Positions 26,085 through 38,300 are shown, counted from the whole stretch's first letter. The stretch: DNA of 63,927 nucleotides, filler included, from Octopus bimaculoides (GCF_001194135.2; 6 parts of 6 records of this genome joined end to end with filler, not necessarily neighbours in it); one strand, 5' to 3'. Notes: generated by a model from the sequence alone, not told the origin. Numbers and translations are program-made.

Positions 26085-26495
26085 CAAATTTGGGTACAAG
26101 GCCAGAAATTTGGGGGAAGGGGTTAAGTCGCTTACATCAATATCCGTATTTAACGACCCCGAAAGAATGGAAAGCAGAGTCCATCCCGACAGCATTTGAA
26201 CTCAGAACGTAATATCGGAAGAAATCTCGCTAAGCATTCTCGTCCTATTTTACCAGCTCGCCACCATTTTTAGCATGTTTTATATGTTTCGAATTTTGGC
26301 ACAAGCCAGCAAGTTTGGGGAGAGGTTTTTAGTGGTTACATCAACCCCAGTGTTCAACTGGTACTTATTTTATCGACCTCGTAAAGATGAAAAGCAAAGT
26401 CGACCCCAACGGCATTTGAACTCAGGACGGAAAGTCCGTAGTAATGACTAACCATTTTTGTCCGCTGCGGTAAGGATTCTACTACCACGCCGCAT
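26085..26495 (-). mobile_element. Two diverged family A SINEs
   Basis: Consensus motifs on the minus strand. Confidence 0.75.
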
Positions 26496-27756
26496 CTTTT
26501 AGCATATCATATTAATTACCAGATTAAATTTAACCATGTTTTATATTCTGAGGAAGATACCTTAAAAGCCGAGCGACTGGCATAAACTCTCCTCATTCGA
26601 TTTTAACTAAAATGTTAACATGAATGAATTGTAGTTAAGTAGTGAAATGTGACACACTAAAATATCAAGTCTAAACTTCGAGGTGTAAAATTCATTCAAT
26701 AACTTAGATTGCTTAGGAACTAAAGGATCAACAAATTTTTAAATTCTATAAGTAATAACATAAAAATAAAATTCTATAAGTAATAACATAAAAAAATAAA
26801 CATTACATCCCACTCATCTCATTCGAATACGAAATTTTGATTTAAGTCTTACAACTCTTGAACTATATGACATGATAAATAGGATGCACGAATTATTTCT
26901 GAGGAGGCGGGAGAGATTTCGTGTTCGAGTATCCTATTGACTAGAAACAGTTCAAACTACTTTAGTACTAAAATACACTTGAAAGCATGGCTGTTATCTC
27001 TGGTTTCGAAAAATCAGATGTGGGTTAATACGAATGCAAATGTAGAAGTAATCTCTAAAATTTGTATTAACAAAACCAGATGTTACACCAGAAGCCAAAA
27101 TGTCGCAGATGGCACCACATCGATTTAAGTTTGTGATAAGTTTTTTTTCCTTCTCATTCTCAATGTTAAAATGAATAAATGTGGCTATTAAAGTCACGTG
27201 ATAATCCGTTTTGTCGATTGTTTTTATTTCTTTAAATTTAATTTATATTTCATGGTTATTTTGTCTTTTATGCATTCAGTTAAAGGCACTGGTTCAGCTT
27301 TTTACAAGGAGTAAGAGCAATGAATAAGAGCAATTACAAGTTTCTGTGCAAGTTATCTGTACAAATGAGAAGTCGAAATCTATAAGATATGAACAAAAAT
27401 CCTATTTGCTATACAAACATGCACGTAATCTTGCATGTATAACTATGATATAGCCCTCATCTTACCAAGTATAACCACCTTCTGCGCATTTTTTCTTTTG
27501 TTGCCTTTAACATATAGTCGACATTTTGTAATGGCCTCACGTTGAGGAAGTCATTCACTATGGTAATAAAATCATCATTTCACCTTACACACACGGATGA
27601 CACGTCAGTGGAGAACGCATTGCAAGGGTGAGTGCATGTCCATATTACATATATGCGTACAGATCGACTGGTGCAAATTTTATCTACTTCGAGAGGACGA
27701 AAGACAAACTGGACGCCAAGCGGAGTGCAAAACGATCCTGCAGAGAATAATCCTTT

Positions 27757-28385
27757 CTACTATAGGCACAAGGCCTAAAGATTTGTGGTAGGGGACTAGT
27801 CAATTAAATCGACCTAGTGTTTCACTGAACTTAATTTATCGATCCCCGAAAGGATGAAAGGCTAAGTCGACCTCGGCGGAATTTGAACTCAGAACGTAAA
27901 GGCAGATGAAATACCGTTAAGCGCTCGCCGCCTTAAATGTAGCTAATAATTTTTTTCTATTCTAGGCACAAGGCCTGAAATTCTTGGGGAGCAGGGGGCC
28001 AGTCGATTAGATCAACTCCAGTACGCAACAGGTACTTAATTCATCGACTCCCGAAAGGATGAAAGCCAAAGTCGACCTCAGCGGAATTTGAACTCAGACC
28101 ATAAAGACAGACGAAATACTGCCAAGTATTTCGCCCGGCGTGTTAACGTTTCTGATTTCTTTATTGCCCACAAGGGGCTAAACATAGACGGGACAAACAA
28201 GGAGAGACAAAGATATTAAGTCGATTACATCGACCCCAGTGCATAACTGTTACTTAATTTATCGACCCCGAAAGGATGAAAGGCAAAGTCGACCTCGGCG
28301 GAATTTGAACTCAGAACATAACGGCAAACGAAATACCAATAAACATTTCGCCCGGCGTGCTAACGTTTCTGCCAACTCGCCGCCT
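27757..28385 (-). mobile_element. Tandem cluster of three family A SINEs
   Basis: Units at ~27757-27935, 27955-28153 and 28154-28385. Confidence 0.9.
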
Positions 28386-29030
28386 TAAACGTAACTAATA
28401 ATACAAGTGGAAGTGGTTTGATGTGCGTTCTTAGCTAGATCTACAATGGTGAACTTGGTTAGCATAAGACTTAAGAATGACGGTAGAACAGTGACCACTG
28501 AGTACAATTTATAAGCTGAATGTTTTTTCTCCATCCTCGATCTAAGTTGTGTGAAAGGAAGTTAGAAACAAAGGGCAAAATAAATTGTTCTGAGATACAA
28601 ATAGGATAGAATAGACGCTATATTGCAGGGTGAGAGTTACAACTGCTCATGGTTTGGTGAAGTGAATTCATGAATAACAAAGAGCTATAAAAGCAGAGTA
28701 CAACGTCACTTTTTGTTGTGCAAATTATGACTTACCGTGGAACCTCCGCTTCTCAGCGGATAAACGTATGACTTAACATTCTTTTAGCTTGACTTTCAAC
28801 TCATACCTTTCCCACGTTTGCTTTCAATGTCTCCCTGCTAACGGCTTTGTCTCTCCCCGCCCCCGACTCTTTCCCAAATCTATTTTGGGTAAATATCAAA
28901 GGTGTGTACATAAGTAGACAGTTATGAGTACATCTCTTCACATGTACGGATATGAGGGCCCACAGAAGTTATAACCTCGAGAGGTTGCCAACGGCCCTCC
29001 CAAATACTTACACTTCCGTGTCTGTACAAG

Positions 29031-29122
29031 TGTGGGTGGATGAGTGCCTGGGTGGGTGGATGAGTCCCTGGGTGGGTGGATGAGTGCCTGGGTGGGTGGA
29101 TGAGTGCGTAGGTTGATGAGTG
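29031..29122. repeat. 20-bp G-rich minisatellite (GGGTGGGTGGATGAGTGCCT), about 4 copies
   Basis: Direct reading. Confidence 0.85.
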
Positions 29123-29134
29123 TGTAATGAAGGG

Positions 29135-30040
29135 TGTGCGTATCTGCAGAGTGCTGTCACATGCACGTTACTTTCACGAGCAGGCTGTTCCATTGATCGG
29201 ATCAACTGGAAGTCTCGTCATCNNNNNNNNNNNNNNNNNNNNNNNNNNNNNNNNNNNNNNNNNNNNNNNNNNNNNNNNNNNNNNNNNNNNNNNNNNNNNN
29301 NNNNNNNNNNNNNNNNNNNNNNNNNNNNNNNNNNNNNNNNNNNNNNNNNNNNNNNNNNNNNNNNNNNNNNNNNNNNNNNNNNNNNNNNNNNNNNNNNNNN
29401 NNNNNNNNNNNNNNNNNNNNNNNNNNNNNNNNNNNNNNNNNNNNNNNNNNNNNNNNNNNNNNNNNNNNNNNNNNNNNNNNNNNNNNNNNNNNNNNNNNNN
29501 NNNNNNNNNNNNNNNNNNNNNNNNNNNNNNNNNNNNNNNNNNNNNNNNNNNNNNNNNNNNNNNNNNNNNNNNNNNNNNNNNNNNNNNNNNNNNNNNNNNN
29601 NNNNNNNNNNNNNNNNNNNNNNNNNNNNNNNNNNNNNNNNNNNNNNNNNNNNNNNNNNNNNNNNNNNNNNNNNNNNNNNNNNNNNNNNNNNNNNNNNNNN
29701 NNNNNNNNNNNNNNNNNNNNNNNNNNNNNNNNNNNNNNNNNNNNNNNNNNNNNNNNNNNNNNNNNNNNNNNNNNNNNNNNNNNNNNNNNNNNNNNNNNNN
29801 NNNNNNNNNNNNNNNNNNNNNNNNNNNNNNNNNNNNNNNNNNNNNNNNNNNNNNNNNNNNNNNNNNNNNNNNNNNNNNNNNNNNNNNNNNNNNNNNNNAT
29901 TACAGGTACTACTCATTTTTGCCAGCTGAGTGGACTGGAACAACGGGAAATAAAGCGTCTTGCTCAACGACAGAATACGCCGCCAGGAATCGAACTCATG
30001 GCCTTACGATCGAGAACCCAGTACCCTAACCACTAAGCCG
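29135..30040. mobile_element. Family C SINE pieces flanking a gap (tail on + at 29135-29222, head on - at 29900-30040)
   Basis: Family tail and head motifs in opposite orientation. Confidence 0.75.
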
Positions 30041-30626
30041 CCATCTACCATTACATCTAACATCTATGCTCACCTTTCTTTTCCTTGAACAGCAGGAACC
30101 CCTTCTTTCCATCTTGACCAAGTGACTTTTTCAATCTTTCCTCTCTCGTTCGAGCTCTCTGCCTTACTCTCCACCTTCAACCACCAATCCATATTTACCT
30201 GTGCTCCTCGGGTCATTTCTTCATTTCAACCCCATCATATATCATCATTTATTACTTGCAGAGAAAGCGACAAACCCACTTAGACACACACACACACATA
30301 TACACAAAGCCACACCCACACACTCACACACACATTCACACACACACATACACACAGTCACATCCAATATACACATACACACACGTACTACTACTTTTAC
30401 TACTTCCATTCGATACCGGATTTTACCACACCCTACTAGCTTTACAGGTGCGTGACTGTAGACGTACATGCATATATGTATGTGTAAGTATGCATGTGTG
30501 TACGTAAGCATGGATCTACATACGTATGTACATATGTATATATGCATGCATGTAGGCTCGTATGTATGTATGTATGTATGTAGGTATGTATGTATGTAGG
30601 TAGGTAGGTAGGTAGGTAGGTAGGTA

Positions 30627-31080
30627 CGAGGGCGAGTCAAAAATTATACGCTCTGTTGTTTTTCCAATGAATTTACACAAACGCAAGGGATAAACAAGTA
30701 CATATTTTTCTATATAGTCTTCTTCCTATTCGATGCACTTGGTACAGTGATCCGCAAGCCTGCATGTTCCCTCCAAGAAGAAGGATTTTGGTTGGTCATG
30801 CAACCAATTATGCACCGCTTCCTTCACATTTTCAGCCGTAGGAAATCGATGAACTTGTAAACCATCTTTGAGCAGTTCAAAGATATGAGAGTCGGAAGGG
30901 GCGAGATCTGGGGGTGTAGTCAAAGTGTTCCAGAACCTCGAAATTAAATTGGTTAGTGGTTTTAACGGTATGGGCATGCATTGCCATTTAACAACAAAAC
31001 TTCCTTCGACAATAGGCTTAGGCATTTGGTGCAATTTGCTGGTTTCAGTTTGTTGGCCCGCAAAGCACTGTATTTTGCTG
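30627..31080 (-). mobile_element. Mariner transposon 3' fragment with TIR
   Basis: LLSKEVLLLNGNACP (~LLHDNARPH) and PPDLAPSDSHIFELLKDGLQVHRFPTAENVKEAVHNWLHDQPKSFFLEG (YSPDLAPSD motif); TA|CGAGGGCGAGTCAAAAATTAT end. Confidence 0.85.
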
Positions 31081-31345
31081 GTCGATAAATTAAGTACCAG
31101 TTACGCACTGGGGTCGATATAATCGACTTAGCCACTTTGTCTGTCCTTGTTTGTCCCTTCTATGTTTATCCTTTTGTGGGCAATAAAGAAATAAGAATTA
31201 TTAGCACACCGGACAAAATGCTTAGCGGCATTTCTTCGGATTTACATTCCACTGTAGTCGACTTCGCTTGTTATCCTTGTGGGCTCGGGAAAATAACTAC
31301 CAGCCGAGCACTGAGGTCGATGTTCCCCTTCCCCACAAAAATACT
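31081..31345 (+). mobile_element. Family A SINE composite truncating the mariner
   Basis: 3' half of one unit joined to a headless second unit. Confidence 0.8.
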
Positions 31346-32218
31346 AACCATGAGAGAATCTTAGTAGTAATGATCGTTAGATAATGTATAATTTACTAAG
31401 AGAAGATCCTCAGCTATCTGATACTATGTGTTCTGCAATTTAAACAAGGTTCTTACTATAATGCTATCTTTTTTTATATACATTTTATATACATTTTGCA
31501 GTCTTGAATTATTCGACCAGAAAATTTGCATGAAAGGAATTTAATAAATCTCGTTAAAACTATGAAATTAAAGTATGTTAAACAAATCTAAAAATAAAGT
31601 TAGCTGGTGTTTTTCAACAGTTGGTCTGCTGTAGTAATTTGCCAAGCTTTTGGGATAACCATATGCACAATTCTATTATGCTTGGCAGTAGATCACTTTC
31701 ATTTAGTTCCTTGGCAGCACCATTCTTTCTTACTGCAAGTAAGCTTAAAAGCTTCACTTAAGCAATATCTTCATTCTCTTGTGGTTTATAATTTGGGGCA
31801 AGTAAGATCGAATTTTTGAAGATCCGAGAGGTTCTGTTTAAATATATTTTGACATGTTTTATTAAATAATATTTAAAACCCAAGAAGTTGGGGACTTTTG
31901 AGCAGCATATTATATTAAGTAAAAAATATATATACAAACACAAACACACACAAACACACTCACATACGCACGCACTCACATACACATACACATAAATACA
32001 CCTATATATGTATGCATATAGGGTTTTGGGAGGGTAGAAATATAGAGTATTTCCAATACAGCACTCCGTCCGAGCTGTAGGGTAGTTTACACTTTCGGAT
32101 TCCAGACTAATGCCGAAATTCTTCGGGTGCAGAGAATCCCGGTTTCACAACGATAAAACCGTTGTGTGATTTTAACGAAAGTAAAATATAATTCAAATAT
32201 AATCCAAATATCTGGATC

Positions 32219-32310
<92 letters not shown>

Positions 32311-32362
32311 ATCATGTATGTATGTATATATATGTATATATATATTTATATATAATTATATA

Positions 32363-32642
32363 TATATTTGAAAAAAATGAGTAGAGATGGCTTTTTGGGG
32401 GTTACAATTTTTATCTTAATCTTAATAATAATGTTTAAAGTGAGTTATTCTGATATGAGTTTTGGGACTTCAAGTAGCCGTTCCCAAACGGCTACTGTGA
32501 AAACGGCTACTTGAAGTTTAACAACGCCCACTCGAAGCTCGAAACTCATGTTAGAGTAACTCACTGTAAACATTACTATTAAGATTAGAATAAAAATCAT
32601 CCCTTCAAAAAAGCCAGCTCCACTCATTCTTTCAAATATATA
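32363..32642. mobile_element. Fold-back (MITE-like) element, ~130-bp imperfect arms
   Basis: Left ATATTTGAAAAAAATGAGTAGAG...GTGAGTTATTCTGATATGAGTTT...ACTTCAAGTAGCCGTT mirrors the right arm; embedded in (TA)n. Confidence 0.7.
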
Positions 32643-32661
32643 TAATGCTGTATCAAGAACT

Positions 32662-32700
<39 letters not shown>

Positions 32701-32710
32701 NNNNNNNNNN

Positions 32711-33030
32711 GCCTTGGGTCGATAAATTAAGTACCAGTTACGCACTGGGGTCGATGTAATCGACTTAATCCCTTTGTCTGTCCCTGTTTGTCCCCTCTAT
32801 GTTTAGCCCCTTCTGGGCAATAAAGAAATAAGAAACGTTAACATGCCAGGCGAGATGCTTAGCGGTATTTTGTCTGTCTTTACATTCTGAGCTCAAATTC
32901 CGTCGAGTTCGACTTTGCCTTTCATCCTTTCGAGGTCGATAAATTAAGTACCAGTTACGCCCTGGGTCGATGTAATCGACTTAATCCCTTTGTTTGTCCT
33001 CTCTATGTTTAGCCCCTTGTGGGCAATAAA
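32711..33030 (+). mobile_element. Family A SINE dimer
   Basis: Tail|AAACGTTA junction at ~32831. Confidence 0.85.
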
Positions 33031-33059
33031 AAATATATAAGATAGATAGATAGATATAC

Positions 33060-33310
33060 ACCTGATTTCCCTGATCGATAAGCATCCTAAAGAGTGAAAT
33101 CACCGTTTTGGATCTTTTAGACCATCTTTAGCATTTCCGAACACTCACACCATCACAGTATAGAATACAGTTCATGTCCACATTTAACGTTTGGTTATCA
33201 AATCTACGATCATTGGTTGATTGTAAAGACACCTTTTATTGGCTTGAAAACTATATTTGTGGTATGACGTCCGACTATTTGTTTGAAAGCACATTACTTT
33301 TCGGTACCCT
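33060..33310 (-). mobile_element. Mariner 5' fragment (HTH region), decayed
   Basis: GVSVRKC*RWSKR / NGDFTL*DAYRSG resembles VS.R.C..WF.RFK.GDF.L.D..RSGRP. Confidence 0.6.
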
Positions 33311-33980
33311 TAATTTATAAGTGTGTGTGTGAGTAAGTGTGTGTGTGAGTAAGTGTGTGTGTATATGTGTGTGTATATGTGTGTGTATATCTGTCTGCGT
33401 GTGTATATCCGTGTGTGTGTGCATGTTTTTGCATTTGGGTTTGTATCACCAGCACGTGACAACTGGTGTTGGTTTGCTTCGTCCCCGTGATGTAGCAGCT
33501 CGCCAAAAGAAACCAATAGAATACGTACCAGGCTCTAGAATAAATACTGCGTTCCATTTAGTCGACTAAATCCCTTCAATATGGCTGCAGTTCAATGACT
33601 TAAACAAGTAAATGATAAAAGATTAAAGATATATACACACCCTCACATATCTATCCACAATTTTCTTTTTCTCTAACTTAATACTGAATGCCGACGAGGG
33701 AAGCTTCTTATTGGTGGTACCATCTGCTAGAAATAGCAGCCAAAACACCATCAAATTACACCTTGCCTACTGAAAAGGGTGTGAGTTATTAGACAATACG
33801 AGCCCATAAAAAGTCAAATTATACCTAGAATAAATTTGATGGGTCTTCTTAGTCAGGGCTTACAAGGGGCTGAACAAGATCATCATCGTCAACAACTGCA
33901 ACAGAAACAACATCTACTACTACTACTACTACTACTACAGCTCTTCATTTGTGGGGCTTGGCTCTCCATGAAATTGATTA

Positions 33981-34279
33981 TTGTTGGCACTCCGTCGCTT
34001 ACGACGTCGAGGGTTCCAGTTGATCAGATCAACGGAACAGCCTGCTCGTGAAATTAACCTGCAAGTGGCTGAGCACTCCACAGACACGTGTACCCTTAAC
34101 GTAGTTCTCGGGGATATTCAGCGTGACACAGTGTGACAAGGCTGGCCCTTTGAATTACAGGCAAAACAGAAACAGGAAGTAAGAGTGAAAGTTGTGGTGA
34201 AAGAGTACAGCAGGGTTCGCCACCATCCCCTGCTGGAGCCTCGTGGAGCTTTAGGTGTTTTCGCTCAATAAACACTCAC
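33981..34279 (-). mobile_element. Family C SINE, long-body variant, cut by a gap
   Basis: Near-identical to 44219-44582. Confidence 0.9.
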
Positions 34280-34635
34280 NNNNNNNNNNNNNNNNNNNNN
34301 NNNNNNNNNNNNNNNNNNNNNNNNNNNNNNNNNNNNNNNNNNNNNNNNNNNNNNNNNNNNNNNNNNNNNNNNNNNNNNNNNNNNNNNNNNNNNNNNNNNN
34401 NNNNNNNNNNNNNNNNNNNNNNNNNNNNNNNNNNNNNNNNNNNNNNNNNNNNNNNNNNNNNNNNNNNNNNNNNNNNNNNNNNNNNNNNNNNNNNNNNNNN
34501 NNNNNNNNNNNNNNNNNNNNNNNNNNNNNNNNNNNNNNNNNNNNNNNNNNNNNNNNNNNNNNNNNNNNNNNNNNNNNNNNNNNNNNNNNNNNNNNNNNNN
34601 NNNNNNNNNNNNNNNNNAATAATAATAATAATAAT

Positions 34636-34937
34636 AAGACCTGGAAATAGAGATAACTCGAATGTGGAGTCTAAAAACAGAAACAATTCCTATCATAGTA
34701 GGTGCCTTAGGTATAATAAAAAAATATTCAGACAAATACATAACAAAAATAGCAGGACTTACAAATAAATATAACATACAGAAAATTGCACTACAGGGTA
34801 CTGCACACATTCTACGCAAAACACTTTCAATACAGTAAACATAAGAGCACCACAGCAAACCACAGCACATACCCAAGGCGCACAGAGCTGCGCTCGGTAG
34901 TGAAGTGAAAGCACGTTATCAAAATAAAACTACTGAA
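34636..34937 (+). mobile_element. 5'-truncated R4/Dong copy inside an (AAT)n tract
   Basis: KDLEIEITRMWSLKTETIPIIVGALG...RKTLSIQ* (stop 34836-38); highly similar to 14895-15283; (AAT)n on both sides. Confidence 0.85.
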
Positions 34938-34938
34938 C

Positions 34939-34984
<46 letters not shown>

Positions 34985-35250
34985 GTAATGATAATAATCA
35001 TTAGCTGGACCCGTTAAAAGTTCACGGAAAACATTAAAAAAAACAAGAGTTATGAGCATGTATCTGAGACATATTTTTTGTATTTTTGTATATTTGCATG
35101 CGTATCTATATGTGTGTATATTTGTATGTATATTTGTACTTATGTAGATATATAATTTTATACAGTTCTATATTTAAGAGATGAGGAATTATTTACATTA
35201 TTTACATTATTTACATTTGACGGATATTTCTCCTCATCTTGTTTGTTGCT

Positions 35251-35296
35251 AACACAACGTTTCGGCTGATATACCCTCCAGCCTTCGTCAGGTGTC
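35251..35296 (-). ncRNA. Minimal type I hammerhead ribozyme motif
   Basis: GACAC CUGACGA A GGCUG gaggguauau CAGCC GAAA CG UU GUGUU; stem I GACAC/GUGUU; predicted cut between 35256 and 35255. Confidence 0.7.
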
Positions 35297-35455
35297 TTGG
35301 GGAAATTTCGAACCTGGGTTCTCATTCCTAACGATGTTACTATTATTATTATATTAATATTATTACTATTATTAATCAGGTCGCTGCCGTGAATCGAACT
35401 CGGAACCTTGGGGTTAGTAGCCCGCGCTCTTAACCACTACGCCAAATTTCCCCAA

Positions 35456-35501
35456 GACACCTGACGAAGGCTGGAGGGTATATCAGCCGAAACGTTGTGT
35501 T
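35456..35501 (+). ncRNA. Minimal type I hammerhead ribozyme motif (inverted duplicate)
   Basis: Same sequence on the + strand; predicted cut between 35496 and 35497. Confidence 0.7.
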
Positions 35502-35888
35502 AGNNNNNNNNNNNNNNNNNNNNNNNNNNNNNNNNNNNNNNNNNNNNNNNNNNNNNNNNNNNNNNNNNNNNNNNNNNNNNNNNNNNNNNNNNNNNNNNNN
35601 NNNNNNNNNNNNNNNNNNNNNNNNNNNNNNNNNNNNNNNNNNNNNNNNNNNNNNNNNNNNNNNNNNNNNNNNNNNNNNNNNNNNNNNNNNNNNNNNNNNN
35701 NNNNNNNNNNNNNNNNNNNNNNNNNNNNNNNNNNNNNNNNNNNNNNNNNNNNNNNNNNNNNNNNNNNNNNNNNNNNNNNNNNNNNNNNNNNNNNNNNNNN
35801 NNNNNNNNNNNNNNNNNNNNNNNNNNNNNNNNNNNNNNNNNNNNNNNNNNNNNNNNNNNNNNNNNNNNNNNNNNNNNNNNNNNNNNNN

Positions 35889-35938
<50 letters not shown>

Positions 35939-36357
35939 TTGCCTATATATGTCTGTATATGTATGTAGCTATATATATGCGTCTGTATGTTTAGTATATA
36001 TGTGTATTTTATGGATGGTTTGGTATGTGCATATATTGCTAAATGCATATGTAATCCAACGTGAAAATTGTTTTTAAGCAGATGTAACTTTTAATGTATT
36101 AATTGATTAATATTTTACAAATAATTAATTACTCTAGGTATTTTGACTCTCTCCTTCTTCATAAGCTATTTCTGATTTAAGGTTTTCTTCGATTTTATAT
36201 AAGATGATTTTATACCGAAATTTGTTCATTGCATGCAACCGGCCATTGCAAAGAACGTTACTTGAAAGGACCAATGAAACAAAACCATTTTCAATTGGGA
36301 TCCATTAAACTAATTGTATATGTTTGCTTATAATCTTATTTTTGTTCCATTCTAAAC

Positions 36358-36404
36358 AAAACTGTCTGACGAACGGGAACGGGGAAACTCTGAGTAACAG
36401 TTTT
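36358..36404 (+). ncRNA. Second-family hammerhead-like motif with a weak stem II
   Basis: AAAACUGU CUGACGA acgggaacggg GAAA CUCUGAG UA ACAGUUUU: 8-bp stem I, intact core, near-palindromic stem III ACUC-U-GAGU; followed by AATAAA at ~36427. Confidence 0.5.
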
Positions 36405-36502
36405 TGTGATATTTTTGCTGCTTTTTAATAAAGTATGTTACTCTACCTCTGGTATTCGAGTACTATTTTTTCCACCTTGTTTCGCATTTATGTGCTTACT
36501 CT

Positions 36503-36533
<31 letters not shown>

Positions 36534-37028
36534 NNNNNNNNNNNNNNNNNNNNNNNNNNNNNNNNNNNNNNNNNNNNNNNNNNNNNNNNNNNNNNNNNNN
36601 NNNNNNNNNNNNNNNNNNNNNNNNNNNNNNNNNNNNNNNNNNNNNNNNNNNNNNNNNNNNNNNNNNNNNNNNNNNNNNNNNNNNNNNNNNNNNNNNNNNN
36701 NNNNNNNNNNNNNNNNNNNNNNNNNNNNNNNNNNNNNNNNNNNNNNNNNNNNNNNNNNNNNNNNNNNNNNNNNNNNNNNNNNNNNNNNNNNNNNNNNNNN
36801 NNNNNNNNNNNNNNNNNNNNNNNNNNNNNNNNNNNNNNNNNNNNNNNNNNNNNNNNNNNNNNNNNNNNNNNNNNNNNNNNNNNNNNNNNNNNNNNNNNNN
36901 NNNNNNNNNNNNNNNNNNNNNNTATATATAGTGAGTTCAAACAAAAGAAACGACAAAAAAACAACAAAAAGCAACAACGTGAGGACGTGATATAGATATT
37001 GTTACTGGACGCTCAGGATATATATATA

Positions 37029-37327
37029 CAGTAATCCCTCGATTATCGCGAGTGTTAAGTTCAAAAAAACCCCGCGGTAGGTGAAAATCCACGAAGTAGA
37101 AACAGGAGTGTACTGAATACTTTAAAAAAAAAATTTTATACTTTGTATATATTTATTCTATTAGAAATGCAAAACAACACCACGGAGGAATCGACGTAAA
37201 CTTAGTTTCAAGCGGCTCCATTTAATTGAACAATGCAATCATTACATCAATTTAAATGCAGTGTCGGCTATCGCGGGTGTTACGTTCCAAACCACCCCGC
37301 AATATGTAGAAACACAGTAGGGTACTG
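37029..37327. mobile_element. Tigger/pogo-like MITE
   Basis: TA|CAGTAATCCCTCG ... GGGTACTG|TA; internal similarity to 10677-10886. Confidence 0.7.
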
Positions 37328-37368
37328 TATACATATTCTCTATTAGTTTCATCAATTGTATATATTTA

Positions 37369-37560
37369 CGAGGTTTGATCAAAGAGTATCGGAATCGTCG
37401 CTGTGGTAACGAAGCTATAGTATGAAAAGTGAAACCGCTTGGCACAGACTAACCTTGAACTCTGTCGCGCTTGCACGCTAAGCTATAACGAACTCGCTCA
37501 CCTCAATTGTTTACAGCAAGCCTTGGAAGTCGACTGTGTATAGCTTCTGTCTGCATGTGC
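37369..37560 (+). mobile_element. Mariner 5' terminal fragment
   Basis: TA|CGAGGTTTGATCAAAGAGTATCGG TIR; subterminal sequence similar to the reverse complement of 57130-57300. Confidence 0.65.
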
Positions 37561-37639
37561 ATTGTTGTAACGTTTCGATACATAAAACAATTTCTACCGC
37601 GAGACTTCTCTATATTTGAATAAATGTATGTGTATATAC

Positions 37640-38226
37640 CAAGCGTGTGTGTGTGTGTGTGTGTGTATACATATAAAGTTATATATATAATGTATATATT
37701 TGTGTAAGTATAAATATATGTATATGTGTGGGTATATTTCTACGTATATGTGTATGTGTGTATGTGTACATATAAAATTATGTAATGTCTATATCTGTGT
37801 AAGTATAAATATATGTATATGTACGTGTATGTTACTCTGTGTGTATGTGTATATGCGTGTGTGTGCGTACATATAACATTATATATAATGTCTATATCTG
37901 TGTAAGGATAAATATATATATGTGCGTATGTTTCTGTGTGTGTGTACATATAAAGTTATATATATATTTTCTATATCTGTGTTAGTNNNNNNNNNNCTGT
38001 GTAAGGATAAATATATATATGTGCGTATGTTTCTGTGTGTGTGTACATATAAAGTTATATATATATTTTCTATATCTGTGTTAGTATAAATATATGTATA
38101 TGTATGTGTGTGTTGCTGCGTGTATGTGTGTGTGCGTGTATGTGTGTGTGTGTACATATAAAACACTGTATATAATGTCTATATCTGTGTAAGTATAAAT
38201 ATATATACATATGTATGTGTATGTTT

Positions 38227-38284
<58 letters not shown>

Positions 38285-38300
38285 GTGCATATCGCGCACG
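37640..38300. repeat. Complex TA/TG tandem array with ~90-100-bp higher-order repeats
   Basis: Direct reading; one unit is duplicated across an 11-N gap. Confidence 0.8.

Larger units (their letters stand above)
35161..35503 (-). mobile_element. tRNA-headed, hammerhead-bearing retroelement, copy 2, with inverted duplication of the ribozyme segment
   Basis: Head 35377-35443 (GGCGTAGTGG...GAGTTCGATTC); body highly similar to copy 1; 35444-35503 is the reverse complement of ~35249-35308. Confidence 0.85.

Noticed and set aside
37900-38095. Exact ~90-bp duplication across an 11-N gap
   Set aside because: Most likely an unmerged contig overlap within a tandem array.
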